DNA from: Malacoraja senta
Taxonomy: Eukaryota
Reading direction: 5' to 3'
Assembly (NCBI GenBank): GCA_038087875.1
Contig: JAXLNO010000529.1
Location: 310,001 to 374,000 of the forward strand
DNA length: 64,000 nt
Each line of letters opens with the position of its first letter. The stretch's first letter is position 1. The notes beneath the pieces were generated by a model that made no database searches, was not told the origin of the DNA, and saw nothing but the letters and a program-made list of their open reading frames with translations. The translations under genes were made by a program, and so were the position numbers. Of this stretch, positions 37,166 through 48,705 are shown piece after piece.

Positions 37166-40100
37166 TAGAAGTACATTACATTACAACCACATACATTAGT
37201 ACTCGTCATTTATATCTTCTTACAATTAATGTACTCCATTTATTTTTTACACTAGAAAAGGAAAAGATTGAAAGAAAGAAGAAAGTGAAGGAAAAAGTGA
37301 AAGTGTAGGAAATGTGACAACAAAAAAGGACGAAGACCCTATAAGAGCAAAATTATAAACAAAAGAAAAAGAGTTAAGAAATAGACCCTAGGAAAGAAAG
37401 AGAAAGAGAAAGAGGAAAAAGAGAGAAACAAATATTTTTATGAGCATTACGTAAATGGGACATACCAACTCTTCAACTATCATCCCTGACCTGACCTCAA
37501 ATTATTATTTTTGTAAGTACTTTTGCACCCTATGTTTGTAATAATTCTATAAATGCAGACCACGTCAGGTGGAAGTGATCTGGTTTACCTGCTAGGAGGA
37601 GTCTTATCTCTTCTAGGTGTAATGTTTCAAACATATTTGAAATCCACATATTTATAGTTGGTATTGGAGCCTTCTTCCAAAATTTTAGAATTTGCTTTTT
37701 TCCAGTTATTAACCCATAGTCCATTAGTTTCTTTTGAAACACATTTAGTTCTGGACCATCTTCCGTTATACCGAAGATAATCCATTCTGCTTTGGGTATC
37801 AGTCTTGTTTTAAATAACTTTGTAAAGATTTCAAAAATTTCATTCCAAAATTTTTGAATTTTTGTACAGAAAACGAATGAGTGCGCTATAGTAGCTTCTT
37901 GGGATTGACATTTATCACAAATAGATGATACATTTGGGAAAATTTTATGAATTTTAGTTTTCGAATAATATAATCTATTTAAATTGTATTAGAGTGTGTC
38001 TTACATTAATCGAGCATTTATGCACGTTTAATAAGTATTCATTCCAACTTTCCTTTGAAAATTTAATAGCTAACTCTTGTTCCCAGTCTCTTCTGATACC
38101 CTCCGTAGATGGTATTTGTACATTTAAGATAATATTATACAAATATGATATTAAGTTTGCTGATTCCGCTTTTATCTGCATTGCCTTGTCCAATACATCT
38201 ACTGGGTTATTATAATGATCTTTTGTATATTTTTTCAAATAGTCGCATATTTGAAAATATTTAAAATATTGATTATTTCTGAGTTTATATTTTATTTGAA
38301 ATTGTTGAAATGAAAGTAATTTTCCAGTTTCATACAAGTTACCAAGCGTTTTAATTCCTAGTCTATCCCATTGTGTATAAGCTTTATCTATAATAGAAGG
38401 ATTAAACGAAGGGTTATTGACTATAGGTAATCAAAGTGATACATTTCTTAATTTTAAATTTTGTTTTATTTGTTTCCAAATTCGGATTGTACTATGAATA
38501 ATTGGGTTCTTATTATAATTTATGTTATTCAAATTCATTGGAGAAAGGAGGATCACTCCAATGTTTCTAGAGGAGCAATCCTCTTTCTCCATTACAATCC
38601 AGTCCACTTGCTGGGCGGAGTTATCCATCAGTTGAATCATATTTTTAATATTTACTGACCAATAATAATACATAAAATTAGGTAGTGCTAAACCCCCTAA
38701 TACTTTAGGTTTATTCAGATGAGTTTTTTGTATTCTATGTGATTTATAGTCCCATATAAAATTAGTGATATCTGAGTTGAGTTTTTTAAAAAACTTCTTT
38801 GGTAAGTATATAGGAATTGATTGAAATAAGTATAAAATTTGTGGTAAAAAGATAATTTTTATTGCGTTTATTCGGCCTATTAAAGACATCGGGAGCGTTT
38901 TCCAGAATTTAATTAGTGTGTTTAATTTATTAAGTAGGGGGTCAAAATTTGCCCTAAACATACCTTGATATGTTCTGGTAATTTCAATTCCCAAATATTA
39001 AAATTTTTCTGTGGCTATTTTAAAAGGGAATTTTAAAAGATGTGTTGAATCTTTCGGTTTTATTGACATAATTTCACTTTTATTCCAATTTATTCTATAT
39101 CCAGAAAAAGATCCAAAGTCTTCAATTAAATTTAATATATTTGGTATAGTGATTTGAGGTTTTGTAATGTACAGTAATATATCATCCGCGTATAAAGATA
39201 TTTTATTATATGAGTCTTTAGTATTATATCCATGGATATCAGGGTGTATTCTAATTTTTTCTGCTAGCGGTTCAATAATGAGAGCAAACAGCTGTGGTGA
39301 TAATGAGCATCCTTGTCTATTTCCCCTTGATAGTTGGAATTTCGAGGATAGTATGTTATTAGTTAGTATTCTAGCTGTAGGTTTGTGATATAGTAACTTG
39401 ATCCATAGAATAAAATTCTCCCCCAGTTGAAATTTTTGTAATACTTTGTCCATATAATTCCATTCTACTTGATCAAATGCTTTTTCAGCATCCAGCGAAA
39501 TAATTGATAATTCTTGATCTTCAGATTTGTGTGAGTGCATTATGTTGAGTAGACGTCTCATATTGTTAGATGAGTATCTCTTAGGGATAAACCCCGTCTG
39601 ATCTGGGTTTATTAATTTACTAATGTATTTACTTAATCTTCTAGCTAATGTTTTCGCTAATATTTATTGCTCTATATGAACCAGGTTCTTCTAAGTCTTT
39701 ATTTTTCTTAGGTATTAATGTAATCTTTGATTCCGCTAATGTATCAGGTAGTATTCGTTTTTTAAAAGCATATTGGTACATTTTTTGTAATCTTGGTATT
39801 ATTTTATCATAAAAGCCTTTATAAAATTCATTAGTAAATCCGTCAGTACCTGGTGTTTTTCCATTCTTTAGTGAGTTTATTGTATCTTCTAATTCCTTAA
39901 TTGAGATTTGTGCACCCAGTTCCTCTTGTTCCTTTCAGCTCTAACTTTGGAAGATTACAGGTATCCAAGAACTTAGTGATATTATTGGAATCAATTGTCG
40001 TTTTAGATGTATACAAATTCTCATAAAATTGCGCAAATCTTTTATTAATATCCTTCGGTGTTGTTAATAATTCCCCTTTATCTGATTTGATCTTTGGTAT

Positions 40101-40390
40101 AGTATGTTCCTTTTCTCGTTTTCTTAGCTGGCGAGCCAAAAGTTTATGCGGTTTATCCCCAAATTCAAAGTGCTCTTGTTTTGTAATTTGAAAAAGTCTT
40201 ATAAGTTTGGCAGATAATAATTTATTTAATTTAAATTTCAAAATTATTATTTTATTATGTTTATCTATTGATGGATCTTTAGCATTATCTATATCCATTT
40301 GTCTAATAAGTTCTTCTAACTGTCTTTGTTCATACTTATTCTTTTTATTTTGAAAAGCTTGATATGAAATTATAATACCCCTAATGTATG

Positions 40391-43300
40391 AAACATAGAA
40401 ACATAGAAACATAGAAAGTAGGTGCGAGAGTAGACCACCAGGCCCATCGAGCCCGCACCGCCATTCGCTCATGGCTGAACACTAAACAGACACCCTTACC
40501 CACAAACAGTAAACACAAGACACAGAACACAAGACACTACCCTCCCCTTTATACCGCTATCACCCCTCTCCACCCCAAGAACCGCGTGATCTCCTGGGGG
40601 AGGCAAAAAAACGGATAAAAACCCAGGTCCAATTCGGGAAAAAAAATCCGGGAAATTCCTCTCCGACCCCAATCCAGGCGATCGACACTTGTCCAGGAGA
40701 TCACTCAGGTCTTACTATACTAACCATACCTAGGTCCATATCCCTGCCTTCTCCCCGTAGCCCCTTATCCCCTTGGCAGCTAAAAAAACATCTATTTTAG
40801 ACTTAAATATATTTAATGTTTCTGCTTCCACTGCTCCCTGGGGCAGTGAATTCCATAAATTAACCACCCTCTGGGTGAAGAAGTTCTTCCTCATCTCAGT
40901 TTTAAAAGAGCCCCCCCTTATTCTACAACTATGTCCCCTAGTTCTAGTTTCCCCGATCATTGGGAACATCCTCGGTGCATCCACCCGATCAAGGCCCCTC
41001 ACGATCTTATATGTTTCAATGAGATCGCCTCTCATTCTTCTAAACTCCAAAGAGTAGAGTTCCAGCCTACTTAACCTTTCCTCATATGTCAATCCCCTCA
41101 TTGCAGGAATTAATCTTGTAAACCTTCGCTGCACTGCCTCCAGGGCCAGTACATCCTTTCTTAAGTATGGACCCCAGAACTGTACACAGTATTCCAAATG
41201 TGGTCTCACTAATACTGTGTACAGCTGCAGCAAGACCTCCGTGTTTTTATACTCAATCCCCCTAGCAATAAAGGCCAAAACTCCATTGGCCTTCCTGATT
41301 GCTTGCTGCACCTGCATACTAACTTTTAGTGATTCATGTACTACTACCCCTAGATCCCTTTGCGTTGCATTACAACGCAGCTCCACCTCATTTAGAAAAT
41401 AACTTGCCCTATCATTTTTTTTCCCAAAGTGAATGACTTCACATTTATTAGTATTAAATTTCATCTGCCAAGTTGTTGCCCACTCACCTAGCTTATCTAT
41501 ATCCTTTTGCAGACTCTTCCTATCCTCCTCATCCCCTACTTTTCCTCCCATTTTTGTATCGTCCGCAAATTTTGATATATTACACTTGGTTCCCTCCTCC
41601 AAATCATTTATATAAATTGTGAACAACTGGGGTCCCAGCACCGACCCTTGCGGAACCCCGCTAGTTACCGGTTGCCATCCCGAGTATGAACCATTTATCC
41701 CCACTCTCTGCTTCCTATTTGTTAGCCAATCCTCTACCCATGCTAATATATTACCCCCAATCCCATAATTTTTTATTTTTAGCAATAGTCTCTTATGTGG
41801 CACCTTGTCAAAAGCCTTTTGGAAGTCCAAGTATACCACATCCACCGGTTCCCCTTTATCCACCCGGGTTGTTACTTCCTCAAAGAATTCGAGCAGATTC
41901 GTCAAACAGGACTTCCCCTTCACAAAACCATGCTGGTTCTGTCCGATGAAGTCATGTTTATCCAAGTGCCCCGTTAGTGTTTCTTTAATAATTGTCTCTA
42001 ACATTTTACCCACCACCGATGTTAGACTAACTGGTCTATAGTTACCCGCCTTCTGTTTACTTCCTTTTTTAAATATAGGTGTTACATTGGCCAATTTCCA
42101 ATCCACTGGGACCGTTCCTGCCTCCAGGGAGTTTTGGAAAATTATCACCAATGCATCCACAATCCCCACCGCTATCTCCCTCAAGACCCTTGGATGTAAT
42201 CCATCAGGCCCAGGGGATTTATCCTCCTTCAGTCTCATTAATTTCCCTAATACCACCTCCTTGGTGATTTTAATAGTATTTAGCTCCTCCATTCCTACCG
42301 CCCCCTGTTTATCCAGCGTTGGAATATTTTTTGTGTCTTCTATGGTGAAGACTGATACAAAATACTCGTTTAATGCCTTTGCCATTTCCATGTTCCCCAC
42401 CAACAACTCTCCAGTCTCACCCTCCAATGGACCAACGTTCACCTTAGCCACCCTTTTTCTTTTTATATAGCTATAAAAACTCTTACTATTAGTTTTTATG
42501 TTGTTCGCTAAATTCCTTTCATAGTCTATTTTCCCCGTCTTAATTAATCTCTTAGTTATTTTTTGCTGACCTTTAAATGCTTCCCAATCCTCTACCCTCC
42601 CACTATCTCTGGCTACCTTATATGCCCTTGCCTTCAGCCGAATACTATCCTTTATAGTTTTACTGAGCCATGGCTGACTGTTCTTTCCCTTACCCTTTTT
42701 TTTCTTCATAGGAATAAATTTTTCTTGAAGGTTATACAGTAGATCCTTAAACGTACACCACTGCTCATGTACCGTCTTATTCTTGAGTCTGCTATCCCAG
42801 TCAACTTTGATCAGCTCAGTCCTCATACCTTCATAATCCCCCTTATTTAGACTAAGTACCCTAGCCTGAGTTTCAACCTGCTCCCCTTCTATTTGAATAT
42901 GGAATTCGACCATATTGTGGTCACTTGTTCCCAACGAGTCCCTAACTATGACATTTTTAATTAATCCTGCTTCATTACACAGGACCAGATCCAAGATTGC
43001 CTCCCCCCTTGTCGGTTCTGTGACATACTGTTCTAGGAACCCGTCTCTAATACATTCTATAAACTCTTCCTCTAGTCTACCCTGCCCAGTTTGGTTTGCC
43101 CAATTAATATGAAAATTGAAGTCCCCCATGATTACAGCAGTTCCCTTTTTACATGCGTCAACTATTTGCAGATTTATGTTCTGACTAACAGCGTCACAGC
43201 TATTTGGAGGTCTATAAATTACACCCACTAGTGTTTTTTTCCCCTTGTTATTCTCTATCTGTACCCAGGCTGTTTCACTATCCTGATCTTTCAACGCAAT

Positions 43301-43730
43301 ATCCTTCCTCTCTATTGCCGTTATTCCCTCCCTTATTAAAAGGGCCACCCCTCCTCCCTTTCTTTCCTGTCTATCTTTTCTAATTGTCGAGTACCCCTCT
43401 ATATTTAACTCCCAATCCTGATCCCCTTGCAGCCATGTCTCCGTAATGGCCACGATATCATAACTATATATACTTAATTGCACCGTTAATTCATTTATCT
43501 TATTTCGAATACTCCGTGCATTTAGATACAGCACTTTCAGATGATTTTTACTACCCTTCCTTTCTGTTTTTGCCCCTTTTACATCTAGAGCTTTATCTTC
43601 ACACATTCTGGATCCTCCTGTCACATTTTGATTTTCCGTTTCCCCACTGATACCCTGCTCTATTTCCTCTACCCCTGCCGTTATTACCCCCCTTGATACC
43701 TCCCCCCCGCTACTTAGTTTAAAGACCTCT
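40391..43730 (-). mobile_element. Young CR1 LINE, truncated at the ORF1/ORF2 junction, inserted in L1 ORF2
   Basis: (TTTCTATG)n tail at 40391-40417. Removing the element restores L1 WESFKA-YIRG with no TSD. Confidence 0.95.
40730..43624 (-). CDS. Intact CR1 ORF2, APE endonuclease-reverse transcriptase (964 aa)
   Basis: Uninterrupted ORF with [42 protein letters not shown] and the C-terminal RGDLI/RTRGH/WNSLP motifs. Confidence 0.93.
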   Translation of the reverse strand: MTGGSRMCEDKALDVKGAKTERKGSKNHLKVLYLNARSIRNKINELTVQLSIYSYDIVAITETWLQGDQDWELNIEGYSTIRKDRQERKGGGVALLIREGITAIERKDIALKDQDSETAWVQIENNKGKKTLVGVIYRPPNSCDAVSQNINLQIVDACKKGTAVIMGDFNFHINWANQTGQGRLEEEFIECIRDGFLEQYVTEPTRGEAILDLVLCNEAGLIKNVIVRDSLGTSDHNMVEFHIQIEGEQVETQARVLSLNKGDYEGMRTELIKVDWDSRLKNKTVHEQWCTFKDLLYNLQEKFIPMKKKKGKGKNSQPWLSKTIKDSIRLKARAYKVARDSGRVEDWEAFKGQQKITKRLIKTGKIDYERNLANNIKTNSKSFYSYIKRKRVAKVNVGPLEGETGELLVGNMEMAKALNEYFVSVFTIEDTKNIPTLDKQGAVGMEELNTIKITKEVVLGKLMRLKEDKSPGPDGLHPRVLREIAVGIVDALVIIFQNSLEAGTVPVDWKLANVTPIFKKGSKQKAGNYRPVSLTSVVGKMLETIIKETLTGHLDKHDFIGQNQHGFVKGKSCLTNLLEFFEEVTTRVDKGEPVDVVYLDFQKAFDKVPHKRLLLKIKNYGIGGNILAWVEDWLTNRKQRVGINGSYSGWQPVTSGVPQGSVLGPQLFTIYINDLEEGTKCNISKFADDTKMGGKVGDEEDRKSLQKDIDKLGEWATTWQMKFNTNKCEVIHFGKKNDRASYFLNEVELRCNATQRDLGVVVHESLKVSMQVQQAIRKANGVLAFIARGIEYKNTEVLLQLYTVLVRPHLEYCVQFWGPYLRKDVLALEAVQRRFTRLIPAMRGLTYEERLSRLELYSLEFRRMRGDLIETYKIVRGLDRVDAPRMFPMIGETRTRGHSCRIRGGSFKTEMRKNFFTQRVVNLWNSLPQGAVEAETLNIFKSKIDVFLAAKGIRGYGEKAGIWT

Positions 43731-45089
43731 CTTTAAAAGATTCCCATAATACAGTAGGCGATATATCTGGAGTATCATTTATTTGAAAAAAGACCTCCAT
43801 TTGTTCTTTTAAATATATACTCGCTTGTGGATCTTTTAGAATTTGAGAATTAAATCTCCAAAACGATTTATTCTTAGACAATCCTTCCAGTTTTAAAAAG
43901 AAAGTTAGTGGAGAATGGTCTGAAATCGAGTTTGTGTGGTATATTGCATTAGATGTTTGGGGGATTAATTTTGTATCCAGCAGAAAGTAGTCTATACGTG
44001 AGTATGTCTTATGTACCATTGAGTAAAACGAGTATTCCCTGCCAGTTGGATTAACAATTCTCCAAACATCTGCTATATTAGTGTTGTTTATATAGGTATT
44101 GAGAAGTTCCCCAGTTTTCGATTTCATATTCCCTCTCTGTTTTTGACTTGATTTATCTAAGTACGGATCTAAAACACAGTTAAAGTCTCCTCCTATTGTA
44201 ACATTTTGATAGTTTGACTCTGCAATTATGTTGAAAATTTTATTGAAAAAGTGGGGGTTATCAAAGTTAGGGGCATATATATTTACCAAAGTAAGTGGAG
44301 TATCATGGATTTCTCCATTAACTATTAGGTATCTCCCTTCTATATCTGTTATGATATTCTTTGCTTTAAATGGTATACCTTTTCTTATGATGATTGACGT
44401 GCCTCTAGATTTTGAAGTAAATGAAGAATGGTATGTTTGACCTATCCATTTCGCCCTCAACCTAACTTGATCCTGAGATTTTAGGTGTGTTTCTTGTAGG
44501 AAGGTAATGTCGGAGTTGTACAATTTCAGCTGAGCTAGTATCTTACCCCTTTTAATAGGTTCGTTAATACCTCTTATATTCCAACTACAAAATGAGATTC
44601 CTCCTAGGTTCTTTTGTGTGGTGTCATGCATTTTGAATAATTATAGTACCTTTAAATCTTATGGTGCATCCATATCCCAGGTCTTTAGGTATTGGGGGAG
44701 CTTTTGAGTTTTTAAGTTTTGCTGGTATGTCCATTTTACGCTTATCACTAAACACAAAACACAAACAAGTGATTTTATGTGATAAAAAAAAACTAAAAAA
44801 GTGAAGATACAGTGTCTGATATAGTCGGCACTGTAGCGAATGTCCCACCTGTAGGTGGGAAAAAACCTTGTTTTGACTTCCTTTGCGTTGTTACACAAAT
44901 AGCTCCGCTCTCTTGGTTAATCATATTAAAATATTAAAACGGGGCCTCACATTCAGATATATAATACAATTTTACCCTGTATATTTCATTATAACATATA
45001 TATATATCGGAATTTTAACTACTAATTATTAAACCGATACTTTTGACTTCAATAAGAATCAACTGCTGGTTGAAGGGGTTAACGAGACG

Positions 45090-45910
45090 TACTTACCTAC
45101 AGTTCATCGCGTGTAATCCATTTGGCGCAGCATAGCAACAGTACGGGTCATGGGTCGTGACCCGACTCCCGTGAAACCTCCCTATAGCGGATGATCTCTG
45201 CTGCCGACCTCTCTGGCCTCCCGCGGGGGAGGGGGGGTGGTACTCGGGTGGGGACGGGACAGCGCCGGATACCCGGCTGGGATAGATCCTGCCTGCGGAT
45301 GAAGCGCAGGTCTATGCCACGTCTCCCTCCTCCAATCACCGCACTCTATCCTCAGTCCCACCCCCCCACTACTCCCTCCACCAATCACCGCACTCTATCC
45401 TCAGTCCCACCCCCCTCCCTCCTCCAATCATCGTGCTGAGTTATCATGTCCCGCCCCCATTGCCTGCTGACCGACGTCTCTCTCGTCCAATCGGCCCCCT
45501 CCCTCGATCTCCAGTCCCGCCCCCACTGTCTCGCGGAAAGCGGAGATTTCACCGGGTTTTAAAATACGGATTACAAAAACTTGGGGGGGGATGTCCCCCA
45601 CCTCACAAAACATGGAGGGGACGTGTCCCCTCTGGCCCCCCCGGGTTTTCTGCCCCTGCCCTGGTGGAGCGCACCGAGGCCCCCCTAGATCTCGAGGCCC
45701 TAAGCTTAAGCTTGCCTGGCTCATACGTAAATCCGGCCCTGGTGGGAGGAAATCGGAGCGCCCGGAGAAAACCCACGCAGGTCAAGGGGAGAGAGAACGC
45801 GCAAGCTCCGTACAGACAGCGCCCGTGGTCGGGATGGAACCGGGGTCTCTGGCGCCGTGAGGTGGCAACTCTACCGCTGCGCCATCGTCACGACCAGAGA
45901 GGGAGGGAGA
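45090..45910. mobile_element. THAP-element right end (45090-45185), partial hAT MITE (45188-45658) and V-SINE 5' part (45740-45885)
   Basis: Collinear with 17475-18630, but lacks the two small LINE-tail insertions. Confidence 0.75.
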
Positions 45911-47228
45911 GGTGAATACTTCTTTCTCCCTCTCTCTCCCCCTCTCTTCCCTCTCTCCCTCTCTCCCAATCTTCCCTCTCCCTCTCTCTCTTCCCTCTCT
46001 CCCAATCTTCCCTCTCCCTCTCTCTCTTCCCTCTCTCCCTCTCTCCCCTCAAAACGTTCTCAAATGTTTCTCCAAACTTTCTCAAAACGCTCCCAAACTT
46101 TCTCTCTCACTCATTCCCTCCCTCAGTCCTCTCTCTCTCCCTCTCTTCCCTCTCTCCCTCTCTTCCCTCTCTCCCTCTCTTCCCTCTCTCCCTCTCTTCC
46201 CTCTCTCCCTTCAAAACGTTCTCAAAAGTTTCTCAAAACTCTCCCAAACTTTCCCTCACACTCATTCCCTCTCTCTCTCTCTCCCTCTCTCTCCCCCCTC
46301 CCTTTTCCTCTCCACCCCACCCTCAATGCACCAAAAAAACAACAACAAAACCACCCCGGAACCAACATTCGGCGTTTCGCCCTCCACCCGGACGCCTGAG
46401 ACCCGCCGTCCCACTTTGCCAGCGCCGGTGCGCCGCCCTAAAGCGTCCCCCCTTCCGCCGGAAGCGCCTCGGGAATGCAGCTGTGTAGAGCAGGTAAAGA
46501 TAAAAGTGCTGCCATGCAGCGGGGGAGGCAGCAATGCAGCCAGTGATGCATGCATTCCCTTTAATGCAGCAGGGGGAGCATGCACAGGTGCTGGCAGGTG
46601 GTTCCCCACACTTTATAACTCACATATCCACACTTAATGTGGCCCTTGCAGGCCGGTTTCTGTCTCATTTCCAAACCATTTGCCCCAATAACTCCCTCAC
46701 AGTCACCAAGCCGACCCTGCGGGACAACGAGGTGGATGCGGGGAGCCCGGAGCGTCCGGGAAAGGCCCTTCGGCCCATTTCACTCCTGCTAGCCCACACT
46801 TGGCATTGTCTGAATTGGACCTTTCTGAATTTGTAGTCAGCAGGGCAGTTCTCTCCATATGGCCAACTTACCGAGTCCACTCCGACTTGCAACCATGGCT
46901 GACCTATCTCCCCCTCTCTCTCTCTCTCCTCTCTCTCCCCCTCTCCCCCCTCTCTCTCTCCCCGCATCCCCCCTCTCTCTCCTCTCTCTCACCCCCCTCT
47001 CTCCACCCTCTTTCTCCCCCCTCTCTCACTCTTCCTCTCCCTCTCTCTCTCCCCTCATTCCCCCTCTCTCCCCCCCTCTCTCTCTCCCCCTCTCTGCCTC
47101 TCTCTATCCCCCTCTCTGCGTCACTCCCCCTCCCTATCTCCCTCTCTATCTCCCCCTCTATGCCTCTCTCTCTCCCCCTCTTCCTCTCCCTCTCTGCCCC
47201 ACTCTCTCCCCCCCTCTCCCTCTATCCC
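45910..47228. repeat. CT-rich tracts flanking an interspersed repeat (46325-46905)
   Basis: Paralog of 18630-20300. Confidence 0.8.
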
Positions 47229-47900
47229 TGGTGAGACCACACCTGGAGTATTGTGTGAAGTTTTGGCCTGTTCGCCTTCATAACAAGAGGAGTTGAGTGT
47301 AGGAGCAAAGAGGTCCTTCTGCAGTTGTACAGGGCCCTGGTGAGACCACACCTGGAGTATTGTGTGCAGTTTTGGTCTCCAAATTTGAGGAAGGACATTC
47401 TTGCTATTGAGGGAGCCCAGCGCAGGTTCACCAGGTTAATTACCGGGATGGCGGGACTGTCATATGCTGAGAGAATGGAGCGGCTGGGCTTGTACACTCT
47501 GGAGTTTAGATGGATGAGAGGGGATCTCATTGAAACACATAAGATTGTTAAGGGCTTGGACACACTAGAGGCAGGAAACATGTTCCCGATATTGGGAGGA
47601 GTCCAGAACCAGGGGCTATAGTTTAAGAATAAGGGGTAAACCATTTAGAACGGAGACGAGGAGAAACCTTTTCTCAGAGAGTTGTGAGTCTGTGGAATTC
47701 TCTGCCTCAGAGGGTGGTGGAGGCCGGTTCTCTGGATGTTTTTTCAAGAGAGAGTTAGATAGGGCTCTTAAAGATGGCGGAGTCAGGGGATATGGGGAGA
47801 AGGCAGGAACGGGGTACTGATTGGGGATGATCAGCCATGATCACATTGAATGGCGGTGCTGGCTCGAAGGGCCGAATGGCCTCCTCCTGCACCTGTTGTC
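47228..47900 (+). mobile_element. CR1 3' end preceded by one 109-bp-type permuted unit
   Basis: Uninterrupted paralog of 20303-21058 plus 27004-27665. Confidence 0.88.
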
Positions 47901-47929
47901 TTGTCCAGTGAAGATGATTTGACTCTTGT

Positions 47930-48340
47930 TAGGCAAAAATGCTGGAGGATCACTCAGCGTGTGAGGCAGCATCTATGGAGCGAAGGAATGGTTCTTGAGT
48001 CTGAAGGAGGGTCTCGACCCGAATCGTCAACTATTCCTTCGCTTATAGATGCTGCCTCACCCGCTGAGTTACTCCAGCATTTTGTGTCTACCTTCGATTT
48101 TCCAGCATCTGCAGTTCCTTCTTAAACATTTAGACGATATTGTTGTCTCCTTTATTCCATCCCATTGCGGTTCTTGCAAAGAACGAGTCGTTATAAATAT
48201 CTGTCCAGGCCAATGGTGTTTCTATTTGCAGATCATTTCTCTTTCCTGTCCTATGTGTTGAGTACGTTATGTATCTATCTGCAGTTAGGCCCACGGTTGG
48301 CAGGAATGGGTCTATGTTCACCCAAATCCTCTGTCCCAGA
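47930..48340. mobile_element. Palindromic Penelope-like repeat (degenerate hammerhead 48001-48029) plus LINE RT tail fragment
   Basis: Paralog of 27698-28110. Confidence 0.65.
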
Positions 48341-48386
<46 letters not shown>

Positions 48387-48617
48387 GACAGACAGAGACA
48401 GAGAGAGAGACAGAGACAATGAGAGAGACAGAGAGAGAGAGACAGAGAGAGAGAGAGACAGAGAGAGAGACAGAGAGAGAGAGACAGAGAGAGACAGACA
48501 GGGAGAGATAGACAGAGAGAGACTGAGAGAGACAGAGAGAGATATAGAGAGAGATACAGAGAGAGAGACAGGGAGAGACACAGAGTGAGAGACAATGAGA
48601 GAGACAGGGAGAGAGAC

Positions 48618-48674
<57 letters not shown>

Positions 48675-48705
48675 TAGACAGAGAGAGAGAGCGAGCGAGA
48701 GAGAC
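48340..48705. repeat. GA/GACA microsatellite tract
   Basis: Seen directly. Confidence 0.9.

Larger units (their letters stand above)
37110..45089 (-). mobile_element. L1-clade LINE, 5'-truncated (ORF2 complete in extent but disrupted), with a nested CR1
   Basis: Poly-T at 37111-37163. APE domain 43731-44631 (SWNIRG, LQETH, NIYAPN, GGDFN, SRIDYF, SDH). RT pieces LDAEKAFD, RQGCSLSP, YADD; GGLALP. Confidence 0.93.
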
